The notes under the pieces: generated by a model | What the model saw: only the letters and a program-made list of their open reading frames with translations | The model's database searches: none | Told to the model about the DNA's origin: nothing | In this document: in pieces, positions 37,959 to 52,471 of the stretch | Layout: each line of letters starts with the position of its first letter | Numbering within the stretch: position 1 is the stretch's first letter | DNA from: Macrostomum lignano | Lineage: Eukaryota | Direction: 5' to 3' | Assembly: GCA_002269645.1 (NCBI GenBank) | Contig: NIVC01001170.1 | Span: 186,001 to 250,000, forward strand | DNA: 64,000 bases | Position numbers and translations under genes: made by a program

Positions 37959-38301
37959 TTAGAACAAAAGTGTTTATCACGTTCCGGTGTGACAAACAGA
38001 AATCTTCAACTAATTTTTGTTCCAGTCTAAGTTTCTAATTAACTTGAATACCACCTGCATTCAAGGCATGCTTATTCCGCTGAATAACTTCTAAGCTTGT
38101 ATGAAGTAAACGTTGTATTTTAAATGTTTTAATTAACATTGTCACCGTGTTAATCTAGCTTGAGAAGTTATAATATTTTTGCTTACATTTCCTGACAAAT
38201 GAAGCATTTCTTTTACCTGCTGTGCAACTTTTTGTCAGTCGTATTGTTTAGTCAATTCCTCCGCGTCTGCACAGCTCATTTAATTGGAATCTTTTCGGGA
38301 T

Positions 38302-38412
38302 ATTTAAATTGGCGCCAAAAGTGACGTGATAATAACTAATCGGACGACTACAACTATATTCTATTATAAATTTTGATATAATTTTTAGATTCATTTTGAC
38401 GCCAATTTAAAT
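38302..38412. repeat. Short inverted repeat (18/19 match)
   Basis: ATTTAAATTGGCGCCAAAA vs TTTTGACGCCAATTTAAAT. Confidence 0.45.
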
Positions 38413-38509
38413 TTTTAACAAAATTTATAGAAGTCACTTTTTATTAACTACAGGGAGAGCTAAACCCCCCCACAAAACCCAAGTTTTAACTGTCCATGAC
38501 TGTAACTTT

Positions 38510-38592
38510 TACGAGGGTCATCACAAACGACTGAAATGAATATTTCTCAGCAATCTTAACAAATGCACAGAACTTTCGGGATGTCCCTCGTA
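38510..38592. mobile_element. Tiny mariner-like remnant
   Basis: TA-CGAGGG...CCCTCG-TA ends (mariner-type TIR start with TA TSD); the short match could be chance. Confidence 0.3.
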
Positions 38593-39142
38593 TGGCGGAC
38601 TGTCTTTGTCAATTCCAGTAAGAGTGCATGCCATGCTTGATGCTTTGTAGTCTCTTCTCTCGTGTCAGAAATATATTATAATCAAAGTTATTTTTCAGTA
38701 AGTATTTTCACATATTTAATCCAGTTTTTTATAAATATTCAGAAAATGAATAAATTTCTTAGCCAAAAAACTGCACTAAACGTTTGTTTTAATTCAAACT
38801 GTTCGATTTTGTTATACTGGCTTTATTACAAAACGTCTGCTTGCTTTATTTGAATTTGGTAAGACGAAGCATGGTGCTAATAATGTAACAGCGGTCAACC
38901 CCCATTCAATGTTGCATGTTATTTTCCCGAAGTTCATTAAACGCTATCCTAACCCTGTATATTCAGGCGCTTTATCCCTATGACTCATCGGATTACTCAT
39001 CCCTACGTCCACCCCACTCCTTCCCCCAACCTCAACCTCCGCTTCCTTTGTTAGCAATCAATGAATGGAAACGCACCAAATGAACCCCTTTCCCATGTCA
39101 GGTGATGTCCCAATCTTCCCCATTCCCTTACTCTCGCATTAA

Positions 39143-39300
39143 CCAATCACGGTATGGGTACGCGGCTAGGCAGGTGACGTCACTCAGTTGCTTAGCGACG
39201 CCTGTCAAGGGCAGTTCAAGGTCGTGTGCATCACGAGTCACGCGCATGGGACGTGATACCAGCTCTATATAAGCAGCTCGTTTTCCCGCCATTTGAGTGG
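39143..39300 (+). promoter_or_regulatory. Orphan promoter-like module (CCAAT, CRE palindrome, TATA), possibly a solo-LTR remnant
   Basis: CCAAT at 39143, GTGACGTCAC at 39174-83, TATATAA at 39266-72; no sense gene downstream. Confidence 0.4.
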
Positions 39301-40030
39301 CCGGTTCACTCACCCACCCCACTGTCTCTTGCTCGGACTCTCTTCTGGGTCGTGAACTCGGACTCACCCACCCTGAACAATCATAATAAGTTTACCCACA
39401 ATATTAAATCGACCTACAAGCTCACCTTTAATCCTCCTTTAGAAATTTCATCAAATCCCAATCACTGGAATCACAATCCTTCTTGCCCTTACAGTAAATG
39501 TACATGTAATTTCTCACTTACCCTTGTGTACACCTGCTCCACATAAGCTGCATTAAGCAGCGGGTTTTTACAAGATTGAAAGTACATTTTATTAGGTATT
39601 GTAATTTCTATTTTTAGCAACATTCCCAACGGAAAATCTTCTACTTGCGTACTTGCGTGGAAAAGTCTATGCCAGACTACTAAACGATAAGTGACAGTAG
39701 GCTAGTTAGGAAAGTATCGTGATTAATACGCTCTTAAGTGAAACGGTAGGTCACTAAAATAGCCGCTGTGAAAGTTAACAAAAATTTATATAGATATACA
39801 AGACGATGGTGATCACACAAATGTTTACACAAATTAGTTTACGTGTTTAAACCGTTGACACGAGTCACGCAAATGCCCACGCGTGGTTTGCAAGATTTAT
39901 TTGATAAAATTTAAAGGAATAGCCAAGAAATATTTGTGCCAAATAGATCAAACTGACAGGCAATAAAAGCACTTTCTTAGAATTGTGAGTCATCAGCTGA
40001 TGGATGTCAAGAGTTATGCAAAGCTGCATC

Positions 40031-40356
40031 TTATCCGTTCGATCTGACGTTGCCCTTCTGGTCAGACTCTGCAAGTCAGCGGTGTGAGATTTTCTCAGTC
40101 AGGTGCAGCCAAAAACAGGAAATCTAAAAGCAGAAATGCTCAAAGCAACAGCAGTGAGTCACTCACCTCTGACCCGCTCCATCAGGTCCGGATTGGTGAT
40201 GACGCAGCTGATGCTGGGCTGCACGAGAACCCTGGCTGAGGCGCCGACCATTCGGCGTAGCATCGCCTTCGACTCTTCGCTCTCGCCCTTGTAGTAGAAG
40301 AACCTGAACGGGTCCTTGGCGACTGGCCTGGCGGATTTGGCTTGCTGGCTGGACAT
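40031..40356 (-). CDS. Unknown small-protein family, copy 1 (75 aa)
   Basis: Exon 1 40356-40167 (AGAG|gtgagt), exon 2 40068-40031 (ttgcag|AG; ESDQKGNVRSNG*). Confidence 0.75.
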
Positions 40357-40859
40357 TGCTAGCGGTTGAACTGAAGATAATTTGTGCTTAAAACAGTGCG
40401 CTCTGCTTAGGCTTGCTTTTGGCAGCAGAATCTTCTAGATATATATATATATATATATATGTACAGTAGGGCCCAGTTGATGAAACCGGGCAGAATTCTT
40501 TGGGATACCCTCTTATATGCTATTATGAGTCATATTCAAGGTTAGTGTTCTGTTTTTAAGCATAATTTGCAGTCTTAACAGTCTACCCCATCGAGCTTTG
40601 TATGGAATTTCTCGGAGCATACTGCTCGCTGCTCGTTCTAAATTTTACTTTCTAACTTTGGTAGCTCGGCTATTGTGAACAGGGGTAATCTGCCCGCCCC
40701 CATGAGTTTGGCTGCAATAAAATTCTGCAAGACTTCCAGTAGACTCAAGGTAGTTCGACAAAAATATCGGCTACTGGTTCGAGCTTCGGTTTTTGAAATT
40801 AACCCTTGAACTTATTCTTCCGCACACAGAAATGAACTTCCTGACTAAAGTTTGTTCGC

Positions 40860-41325
40860 TCAGAGATTGCTTGAGACCGTCTGCTCAGAGATTGCTTGAG
40901 ACCATCTGCTCAGAGATTGCTTGAGACCGTCTGCTCAGAGATTGCTTGAGACCGTCTGCTCAGAGATTGCTTGAGACCATCTGCTCAGAGATTGCTTGAG
41001 ACCGTCTGCTCAGAGATTGCTTGAGACCGTCTGGTCAGAGATTGCTTGAGACCGTCTGGTCAGAGATTGCTTGAGACCATCTGCTCAGAGATTGCTTGAG
41101 ACCGTCTGCTCAGAGATTGCTTGAGACCGTCTGCTCAGAGATTGCTTGAGACCGTCTGCTCAGAGATTGCTTGAGACCGTCTGCTCAGAGATTGCTTGAG
41201 ACCGTCTGCTCAGAGATTTCTTGAGACCGTCTGCTCAGAGATTGCTTGAGACCGTCTGCTCAGAGATTGCTTGAGACCGTCTGCTCAGAGATTGCTTGAG
41301 ACCGTCTGGTCAGAGATTGCTTGAG
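40860..41325. repeat. 25-bp minisatellite (GAGATTGCTTGAGACCGTCTGCTCA)
   Basis: Direct reading. Confidence 0.95.
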
Positions 41326-42448
41326 ACTCAGCGACTGACTCACTGTGACAGCCTTTCCTACTTGCAGAAAGTGCTTCTGCACCACCGCAACTCCTCTCTG
41401 TGGCGCGGTAAGAGGCCGGCGGGAAAGTCTAATGCTGGTACTTCTTCCTTCCAAGCAAAGTTCCTGATGTCGCGAGGACACAATACTTCCTGCTGGCTGT
41501 TGGCTGAGGACAAGTTACGACTTGGCGAGCAACAACCAAATCGCCACGCTACACCTGGCAGTGAGAACGAGGAAGCCGCTATGGAGGTTCCGGACGGGAA
41601 TGAGCAGCAGCCTATGAATGACCAACAGGAAGCTGGGCTTGCACCGCGCAGGAGCGCGGCGTGCACCTGATTGTTTTGCGCCATGATCTGTTAGTGTTCT
41701 AACTCAATTAATTGTATTGGAGTTCTAACTGACAAGGCACTTTGATGGCTTTGTTTATTCGCTGTGTCGTATAGCAGTCGTAGTCCGTTCATTGCTTTTT
41801 GTTATTACTAGCAAAAGCAATGCTTCATCAAGGCATTGATCACTTTTACTACAGCTTCAAACGGTACTCAACCAAAAATGTCCTAGAAATTTCCTATCAA
41901 GAATTCAAGCACAGGCTCAGTCCCAGTTTATATTAGCAAACCATCAAGCGGCCTGAGAAACGAGGACTGCGAGATCAAAGATACCTTACGAGAACAGGAC
42001 CTCTTGAAAGTGCCATGTGCAGGGTATACAGAGATAAATTCTAAGTTGAATTTTAAAACCCTTACCGTCACTCAAGGAGAAGACGATAGAGACATACGAG
42101 CAATGGAATTTCTAGCAATAGTCATCAGAGACATAAATGCAACTGGTCTCAAGAGCTTCATATTGGCTTCATAAATTAGCGCGGTATTTATACTTTTTAT
42201 TTATTAGATTTCTTGCATTTATACGAAGTGTTTTTCTTTCATTAAGAATATCAAATATATAATTTTATCTAAACAGCACCAAAAGAAATTCTAGTGTAGT
42301 GAGGTACTGAATTCGCTCAAGATTTCTCTGAGCAGACAGACAAAAACGCTTTTTTAAAAGCTTAACTTGGCTCCTCCATCCGAAGCTGTCACTTATATAA
42401 ACAGGCATGACGTCATCAAATCTCGAGCTATCCTGACACTCCGGCCGC

Positions 42449-42783
42449 TCAGCCGCTCGACCTGTCGTTGCCTTTCTGATTGGACTCTGAAAGTCAAAGT
42501 CAAAGGACTCTGTGAAATTTTCTCAGTCACGTGCAACCAAAACAGGAAATGTGAAAGCAGAAATGCTCAAAGCAACAGCAGTGAGTCACTCACCTCTGAC
42601 CCGCTCCATCAGGTCCGGATTGGTGATGACGCAGCTGATGCTGGGCTGCACGAGAACCCTGGCTGAGGCGCCGACCATTCGGCGTAGCATCGCCTTCGAC
42701 TCTTCGCTCTCGCCCTTGTAGTAGAAGAACCTGAACGGGTCCTTGGCGACTGGCCTGGCGGATCTGGCTTGCTGGCTGGACAT
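42449..42783 (-). CDS. Unknown small-protein family, copy 2 (75 aa)
   Basis: Exon 1 42783-42594, exon 2 42486-42449 (ESNQKGNDRSSG*); phase-1 GT-AG intron. Confidence 0.75.
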
Positions 42784-43374
42784 TGCTAGCGGCTGAACTG
42801 AAGATAATTTGTGCTTAAAACAGTGCGCTCTGCTTAGGCTTGCTTTTGGCAGCAGAATCTTTCATGCTATAGCCTATAATATATAAGGCCCAATTGATAA
42901 ACCGTGGAATTCCATGGGATACCCTCATATGCTATTTTTAGATCTTAGCATAGCGCGCGATTAGTGTACTGTTTTTAAGCAATAATGTGCAACTTTATCA
43001 GTGTACGCAGCTGATTGGGCACTCTTGACAATGCAAAAACCCCATCAAGCCTTGCTTGGAATCTCTTTGGACTTGCATGGAATACTTGCTTGCTTTTTTA
43101 TTTCTAAATTTGGTAGTAGCTAAGGCTGTTGTGACCAATGGGGTTAAGCTGTGGAAGCGTCGGGATTAGTCACACAGGGAGAATTCAAATCAATGCAGCG
43201 TCATCTCATAGAAGCTCCTGACGAGTGCTCCTGCCCCATGAAGTTTCTGTCAAAATGCTGCAATAATTCCAGCAGCCTTTTTTCGGTTTATGAAAATTAA
43301 CCCTAACCATTTCTGCAGTTAAATGAATATTATCATACTCACAGAAAGGAACTCCTGACTAAAGCTTGGCCCAT

Positions 43375-43700
43375 AGACTATGTCACTGTGACATCCAAAG
43401 CCATGCTAGCACGAGTATCCAATCACAGCCAACCATCGCTGTTATAAAAGCCGGGGTTTCACCCATAGAATATGTCACTGTGAAATCCAAAGCCATACTA
43501 GCACGAGTATCTAATCACAGCCAACCATCGCTGCTATAAAAGCCGGGGTTTGGCCCATAGACTATTTCATTCTGACATCCAAAGCCAGCTACGAATATCC
43601 AATTAGACAACCATCGCTAATACAAAGCCGGGGTTCGGCCTATAGAATATGTCACTGTGACATCCAAAGCGATGCAGCCACGAGTATCCAATCACAGCCA
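43375..43700. repeat. ~90-bp tandem repeat, about 3.5 copies
   Basis: TATGTCACTGTGACATCCAAAGCC...AAAGCCGGGGTT units. Confidence 0.85.
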
Positions 43701-44598
43701 ACAAACTCAATACCAGACTAATTAAACCCTCATTTTATGCTATTAGCATATGACAGCCGATTAAACTTAACATCAACAGCTACACTCCCTCTTTGAAACT
43801 CTGAGAAAACTTGACCATATGGGTTTTGGGTGTTCACTTACGCTTTTCTTATCAGAACATTTAATCGGTGAACGTGTTAGTAAGCGATAAAAGGCAAGCC
43901 AACTGCGAATGCTTATTTAAAGTAGAACTATCAATCTGGAAAATACACTCTACCATTTTTCGCAGCCTTAGTCGATGAATTTAATTCAATTTAACCTGTG
44001 TTGCAGTTTAGATTAACAAGTAATAAACTGATCTGCAAAACAATAAGGACTGCGAGACCATAAGGATCCTTTACTTGAACAGGGCCAGCTCAAAGTGCCA
44101 TTTGGGAGTAGAAAGTGAAGTTCACTTCCTGCTCAAGTGTAATTGGAACTCCCCATGATAAACTCGAACAGATCAAAGAGAATAAAGTATTGTACTCGTA
44201 AAGACGTAATGAAAATTCTAACAAAATTCATTAAAGAACATGACACAAGACGGAATGCTTTGAGCCTTGAGATTGAGATTTTATCTCCCGTTTCGTCGGA
44301 AAACACTTTGATTTAATAGCTTTTTTATTTACATTTTTCTTTCATTTTCTAATACTTAATTATGAGTTCGAAAAAAAATCATAAATTATACACATATGCA
44401 AGCATAAAATAAATAAATTTATCTATGCAACACAGAAAGCAATCATAGTGTGTAGTGAGATGTTGAATTTGCTCAAAATTTCCCTGAGCAGAGCAATGAA
44501 CACTGGTCTAAAAGCTGAACACTTGGTTCCTCAATCCGAAGCTGTCACTCATAAATAGACATGCGTAATATCTCGAGCTATCCTGACACTCCAGTCGC

Positions 44599-44921
44599 TC
44601 AGCCGCTCGACCTGCTGGTGCCCTTCTGGTCAGACTCTGCAAGTCAGCGGTGTGAAATTGTCTCAGTTAGATTGCAACTGAAACAGGAAATCTAAAAGCA
44701 GAAATGCTCAAGGCAGCTGTGAGTCACTCACCTCTGACCCGCTCCATCAGGTCCGGATTGGTGATGACGCAGCTGATGCTGGGCTGCACGAGAACCCTGG
44801 CTGAGGCGCCGACCATTCGGCGTAGCATCGCCTTCGACTCTTCGCTCTCGCCCTTGTAGTAGAAGAACCTGAACGGGTCCTTGGCGACTGGCCTGGCGGA
44901 TCTGGCTTGCTGGCTGGACAT
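44599..44921 (-). CDS. Unknown small-protein family, copy 3 (75 aa)
   Basis: Exon 1 44921-44732, exon 2 44636-44599 (ESDQKGTSRSSG*). Confidence 0.75.
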
Positions 44922-45281
44922 TGCTAGCGATTTGAGTTGCTGCAACAATTGCTGCTTCAAGAAGAGGATGGTTCTTTAGTTTGTTGATGAGAGTTCAAAG
45001 TCGTGAACTCAGTTTATTTATGCTGAAGCGATGGCGAGTCTTGGGCCGCACCTCGGCAAAACCCGCGAATTTCGCAATGTGTGGGCGAGGGAATTCCGTG
45101 GGCGCGAAGTAGCTAAAAATAGAAACAGCTGTAATGACTGACCGTGGCAAATTTTTCGCTCTGCAATTTTCGCTTTCATTCAGCGAAACTCATGAATAAA
45201 TAAAACCGGGTTTACTCAGACAGAACTGGCTAGCCATAGGCTTAGAATCATTCGGATAAACCAAGAGATATGCAAGGTTCG

Positions 45282-45284
<3 letters not shown>

Positions 45285-45373
<89 letters not shown>

Positions 45374-45376
45374 CTC

Positions 45377-45449
<73 letters not shown>

Positions 45450-45516
45450 CTAAGACAGACAGACAGACAGACAGACAGACACTAAGACAGACAGACAGAC
45501 AGACACTAAGACAGAA

Positions 45517-45565
<49 letters not shown>

Positions 45566-45592
45566 CTAAGACAGACAGACAGACAGACACTA

Positions 45593-45669
<77 letters not shown>

Positions 45670-45670
45670 T

Positions 45671-45749
<79 letters not shown>

Positions 45750-45760
45750 CTAAGACAGAC
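45285..45760. repeat. (GACA)n microsatellite
   Basis: Direct reading. Confidence 0.95.
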
Positions 45761-46174
45761 AGGGAGACTTACCTTCACACGAGCGCAGTTAACTAAATGC
45801 GCACTTCCTTACAGCCTTCCTGTGGGTGAACACGAGCTCTGTGCATGGAGCAGGGGTTTGGGGTGCCCCAACTTAAAATCCAAGCTGATGCGTTGCAATG
45901 AGTCAGACGAAAGTTTCCAAGCTACATTTCCAGATGTCTCTCGGTACAACAAGTCGAACTACGTAGCTAATTTGAGCAATTATGCAGCAAAGAGATCTTA
46001 GCAACGATTCAACAGAGCATGTAGCCATTTATTATGGGCACAGTAAGCATGTGGATTATCCAAACATTTATTGATACGCGCATCTCAGAGATTGCAAGCA
46101 GCTAGCAAGGTGTTGTCTGGTGATAAGATATTCTGTAGCTGACTCGCTTGAATGCTGCTAGTAGGGACTGAACC

Positions 46175-46790
46175 AGTGCCAGTCACTTCGATCTCAATCT
46201 ATAGTCAGTGCCAGTCACTTCGATCTCAATCTATAGTCAGTGCCAGTCACTCCGATCTCAATCTATAGTCAGTGCCAGTCACTCCAATCTCAATCTACAG
46301 TCAGTGCCAGTCACTCCGATCTCAATCTACAGTCAGTGCCAGTCACTCTGATCTCAATCTACAGTCAGTGCCAGTCACTCCAATCTCAATCTACAGTCAG
46401 TGCCAGTCACTCCAATCTCAATCTACAGTCAGTGCCAGTCACTCTGATCTCAATCTACAGTCAGTGCCAGTCACTCTGATCTCAATCTACAGTCAGTGCC
46501 AGTCACTCTGATCCCAATCTACAGTCAGTGAAAGTCACTCCGATCTCAATCTATAGTCAGTGCCAGTCACTCTGATCTCAATCTATAGTCAGTGCCAGTC
46601 ACTCCAATCTCAATCTACAGTCAGTGAAAGTCACTCCAATCTCAATCTACAGTCGGTGAAAGTCACTCCAATCTCAATCTACAGTCAGTGAAAGTCACTC
46701 CGATCTCAATCTATTGTCAGTAAAAGTCACTCCGATCTCAATCTATAGTCAGTGCCAGTCACTCCAATCTCAATCTACAGTCAGTGCCAG
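46175..46790. repeat. 32-bp minisatellite; inverted copy at 54045-54640
   Basis: CAGTCAGTGCCAGTCACTCCGATCTCAATCTA units. Confidence 0.95.
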
Positions 46791-47117
46791 TGACTTCGCC
46801 AATTATTTTTTTTCACTACAAGCTAAAACTTTTAGAAAGTATTTTAGAATAACGGACTTGTTGCCAAGAAAGCGAAAAGAAGAAATTATTGACGTATTGA
46901 AAATCCAATACTGCAATAAAAGCAATGTTACTCAGGCCAAGGAATTTATTGTTCATACATTTTATAAGCAGAGATGAGTCCGAGTCTGTACAGAGCAGTG
47001 CTCAGCTTGAGCAGAGAAAGCATTTATTTGACTCAATGCGTTTCCATTGTAAGCTATTGTCATTTGAAATCTATGCACAAACAGGCATGACATCATATCC
47101 GGGATGTCCTCCGGCGC

Positions 47118-47440
47118 TCAGCCGCTCGACCTGACGTTGCCCTTCTGGTCAGACTCTGCAAGTCAGCGGTGTGAAATTGTCTCAGTCAGGTGCAGCCAAA
47201 AACAGGAAATCTAAAAGCAGAAATGCTCAAAGCAGCTGTGAGTCACTCACCTCTGACCCGCTCCATCAGGTCCGGATTGGTGATGACGCAGCTGATGCTG
47301 GGCTGCACGAGAACCCTGGCTGAGGCGCCGACCATTCGGCGTAGCATCGCCTTCGACTCTTCGCTCTCGCCCTTGTAGTAGAAGAACCTGAACGAGTCCT
47401 TGGCGACTGGCCTGGCGGATCTGGCTTGCTGGCTGGACAT
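47118..47440 (-). CDS. Unknown small-protein family, copy 4 (75 aa, P-to-S change in the DPF motif)
   Basis: Exon 1 47440-47251, exon 2 47155-47118 (ESDQKGNVRSSG*); TATAAATA upstream at 47548-47541. Confidence 0.75.
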
Positions 47441-47540
47441 TGTTGACGGTGGCTTGTAAATTAATTTGCGGTGGCTTTGAATTGAAGCTTCTGAGTCTCC
47501 TGGAGCTGGTTCATGGATTTACAGTCGGTGTGAGATCTTG

Positions 47541-47604
47541 TATTTATAAGCATTTCCCTATTAGGTTCTACCGCGTAAAAGCAATTCGTAATTGCTAAAA
47601 ATAG
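47541..47604 (-). promoter_or_regulatory. Candidate promoter of small-gene copy 4: TATA box plus MEF2 consensus
   Basis: TATAAATA (47548-41) and CTAAAAATAG (47595-604) lie upstream of the ATG at 47440. Confidence 0.6.
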
Positions 47605-47904
47605 CATCCTATGGATTCCCCGGTGTACACTGCATAGCATTTACACTCCGCCCTCAGGGTACAGGGTTACAGGGTACGACCTACTAAAAACTGTGTACTA
47701 CCTTGTAGTAGATATAGCTATGGCGAAATATTTATTTTTATGCATTAATTGTTATTTCTGACTGGGTACGATTTTTTAGTAAACATTTAGGCTGTTGCAA
47801 TAGTAACGAGAATGTTTTTGCAATATTCAGTATTTTATATAGCGTTTGAGTGCTTTCTCCTTGATTAACCAATTCTTGCACGAAGTTCACGCGCTGCATT
47901 TTGT

Positions 47905-48495
47905 TGAATAGTCTCTGAGGTCACTCTCTGTTTTTCATGGGGTAGACTCTGAGGTCACTCTCTTTGTTCATGGGATGGACTCTGGGGTCACTCTCTGTTT
48001 TTCATGGGATAGACTCTGAGGTCACTCTCTGTTTTTCATGGGATGGACTCTGAGGTCACTCTCTGTTTTTCATGGGATAGACTCTAAGGTCACTCTCTGT
48101 TTTTCATGGGATGGACTCTGAGGTCACTCTCTGTGTTTCATGGGGTAGACTCTGAGGTCACTCTCTTTGTTTCATGGGATGGACTCTGAGGTCACTCTCT
48201 GTGTTTCATGGGATAGACTCTAAGGTCACCCTCTTTGTTTCATGGGATAGACTCTAAGGTCACCCTCTTTGTTTCATGGGGTAGACTCTGAGGTCACTCT
48301 GTGTTTCATGGGGTAGACTCTGAGGTCACTCTCTGTGTTTCATGGGGTAGACTCTGAGGTCACTCTCTTTGTTTCATGGGGTAGACTCTGAGGTCACTCT
48401 CTGTGTTTCATGGGGTAGACTCTGAGGTCACTCTCTGTGTTTCATGGGGTAGACTCTGAGGTCACTCTCTGTGTTTCATGGGGTAGACTCATGGG
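47905..48495. repeat. 34-bp minisatellite
   Basis: GACTCTGAGGTCACTCTCTGTGTTTCATGGGGTA units. Confidence 0.95.
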
Positions 48496-48734
48496 ATAAT
48501 GATGGTGCATTTTCATATTTACTAATCAATATTTCTATACAAAACGCGGTAGTACCTTCGTCAGAAGCGCGAATAAGTGGTACTACTGCGTTAGTGTTAT
48601 AGTGCACTGGTAAACCCACGTCTGGAAAGTGTAAGGTCTAAAAATAGAACCAGGAAGTACCCTGTGAGGTCAGTAGCAGCTGGCGACAGTTCTACACCAA
48701 ATTCTTGTGTTTTAAATAGCCTTGGTTATCTGCT

Positions 48735-49900
48735 GAGGGGTTTGAAGGTCTCCTGATAAAGGGTTTGAAGGTCTCCTGATAAAGGGTTTGAAGGTCTCCT
48801 GATAAAGGGTTTGAACGTCTCCTGATGAAGGGTTTGAAGGTCTCCTGATGAAGGGTTTGAACGTCTCCTGATGAAGGGTTTGAAGGTCTCCTGATGAAGG
48901 GTTTGAACGTCTCCTGATGAAGGGTTTGAACGTCTCCTGATGAATGGTTTGAAGGTCTCCTGATGAATGGTTTGAACTTCTCCTGCTGAAGGGTTTGAAG
49001 GTCTCCTGATGAATGGTTTGAACGTCTCCTGATAAAGGATTTGAACGTCTCCTGATAAAGGGTTTGAACGTCTCCTGATGAAGGGTTTGAAGGTCTCCTG
49101 ATGAAGGGTTTGAACGTCTCCTGATGAAGGGTTTGAACGTCTCCTGATAAAGGATTTGAACGTCTCCTGATAAAGGGTTTGAACGTCTCCTGATGAAGGG
49201 TTTGAAGGTCTCCTGATGAAGGGTTTGAACGTCTCCTGATGAAGGGTTTGAAGGTCTCCTGATGAATGGTTTGAAGGTCTCCTGATGAATGGTTTGAACT
49301 TCTCCTGATGAAGGGTTTGAAGGTCTCCTGATGAATGGTTTGAAGGTCTCCTGATGAAGGGTTTGAAGGTCTCCTGATGAATGGTTTGAACGTCTCCTGA
49401 TAAAGGGTTTGAAGGTTTCATGATGAAGGGTTTGAAAGTCTCCTGATGAAGGGCCTGAAGGTTTCATGATGAAGGGTTTGAAGGTTTCATGATGAAGGGC
49501 CTGAAGGTTTCATGATGAAGGGTTTGAAGGTTTCATGATGAAGGGTTTGAAGGTTTCATGATGAAGGGTTTGAAGGTCTCCTGATGAAGGGTTTGAAGGT
49601 TTCATGATGAAGGATTTGAAGGTTTCATGATGAAGGGCTTGAAGGTTTCATGATGAAGGATTTGAAGGTTTCATGATGAAGGGCTTGAAGGTTTCATGAT
49701 GAAGGATTTGAAGGTTTCATGATGAAGGGCTTGAAGGTTTCATGATGAAGGATTTGAAGGTTTCATGATGAAGGGCTTGAAGGTTTCATGATGAAGGGTT
49801 TGAAGGTTTCATGATGAAGGGCTTGAAGGTTTCATGATGAAGGATTTGAAGGTTTCATGATGAAGGGCTTGAAGGTTTCATGATGAAGGGTTTGAAAGTC
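48735..49900. repeat. 23-bp minisatellite (GAAGGGTTTGAAGGTCTCCTGAT variants)
   Basis: About 50 units, with a polar switch in unit type near 49420. Confidence 0.95.
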
Positions 49901-50444
49901 TCCTGGTCCGAATGGTCTGAGTTCACCTCAGGAAATTCCTGAAGGGCTATCTGTGAATTCTAAAGTCTGGGTTGGAAGTGTTTTAGCCCACACTTACAAA
50001 GAATTTCGAATTTATAAAATGATGTCATAACTAACACAGCTAGCTAATAGAGTACTTGGCTTTGAAAAAATTGCTTTAAAAGTTGTTATAGTTTGTTTCT
50101 TAAAGAAAAACTACTGGTCTGTTTACAGCAAAAAGCACGAGCCCTCAAAGCACAAGTTCTATCTGACTTAAAATGTCAGCATTGTCTTTGAGCCTTGGCA
50201 TCTCAGTTATTAGAAAGATATAAAGCCATTAGTGATCTTCAATGGCCTCAACGAGAAGCCGCTAAGCTGATAGCATTCCTACAAGGCAGTAGCCATTTCT
50301 GGATTGGATCATAGCCAAAAATAAAATAGGGACTAAGTACTACCTTGTACCATAAGACTGTAGATACGAGCATTGCATTGATCCACGGTGTGCTAAAAAT
50401 AGAACAGGGTATTACCTAGTAATATACACAGGGTGCTGCCTATG

Positions 50445-51373
<929 letters not shown>

Positions 51374-51658
51374 GAATTTATAAAGACACTTTATTATCTC
51401 AATGCAACAACAAGACTGCAAGGCCAGATTCTACAAGGCAGTGCCCTGTTTCTCCCCAAGCCGAGTGAATTGTGTTAGCCCCAACACGGCACCGGCGTCA
51501 CTCACCGAAATGAGGTCTCAGATAGCGCACAGTGGGACCAGAATACGAGGTAGTGCCCAGTTTCAAGTGGGTTCAATACGCACTGCAGCTGCCTGGGCCA
51601 AGAAGCTTAGACAGTCGTTCGTTAGTTCGCTGTTCACGCCCTGACGAAGGACAGCAAA

Positions 51659-52471
51659 ATGGCTGGTAAGCAACCACGCGATCCGTTCAAAGATTTCTAT
51701 ATGCCAGGTGAAAGCGAGGAGTCCAAGGAGGAGCTCAGGAGAAATACTGCAGCAACTGCTACTCAACTGGTTCAGCCTACGCCGTCTGCAATTTTTACTA
51801 ATCCTGAGCTCATTGCCAAGATTGAAGCAGGTAGAATGCGTTGGTTTCCATTCTGTCCTGTCCTGTCCTGTCCTGTCCTGTCCTGTCCTGTCCTCTCCTG
51901 TCCTGTCCTGTCCTCTCCTGTCCTCTCCTGTCCTGTCCTCTCCTGTCCTGTCCTATCCTGTCCTGTCCTGACCTGTCCTGTCCTGTCCTGTCCTCTCCTG
52001 TCCTGTCCTGTCCTGTCCTGTCCTGTCCTGTCCTGTCCTGTCCTGTCCTGTCCTGTCCTGTCCTGTCCTATCCTGTCCTGTCCTGTCCTGTCCTGTCCTC
52101 TCCTGTCCTGTCCTGTCCTGTCCTGTCCTCTCCTGTCCTCTCCTGTCCTGTCCTGTCCTCTCCTGTCCTCTCCTGTCCTGTCCTGTCCTGTCCTCTCCTG
52201 TCCTGTCCTGTCCTGTCCTGTCCTGTCCTGTCCTCTCCTGTCCTCTCCTGTCCTGTCCTGTCCTCTCCTGTCCTCTCCTGTCCTGTCCTCTCCTTTCATG
52301 TCCTGTCCTGATATAATCCGTTCATTTTTGCACGGATCGACATACCAAGAAACAATCAAACTTATTTCAGCAAAGAAGGAGAAAGCAGAGCAAGAGAAGC
52401 AACAGCAGGAGCAGACTAAGCCAAAATACTCAACCGGAAGTAGTGGGAGCTCCTCTGGCAAAACAAATTGA
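51659..52471 (+). CDS. Unknown small-protein family, divergent paralog (90 aa)
   Basis: Exon 1 51659-51830 (MAGKQPRDPFKDFYMPGESEESKEELRR...TNPELIAKIEA), then a phase-1 intron filled with (TCCTG)n, then exon 2 52371-52471 (AKKEKAEQEKQQQ...GKTN*). The intron sits at the same position and phase as in the other copies. Confidence 0.78.
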   Translation: MAGKQPRDPFKDFYMPGESEESKEELRRNTAATATQLVQPTPSAIFTNPELIAKIEAGRMRWFPFCPVLSCPVLSCPVLSCPVLSSPVLSCPVLSCPVLSCPVLTCPVLSCPLLSCPVLSCPVLSCPVLSCPVLSCPILSCPVLSCPLLSCPVLSCPLLSSPVLSCPLLSSPVLSCPVLSCPVLSCPVLSCPLLSSPVLSCPLLSSPVLSSPFMSCPDIIRSFLHGSTYQETIKLISAKKEKAEQEKQQQEQTKPKYSTGSSGSSSGKTN

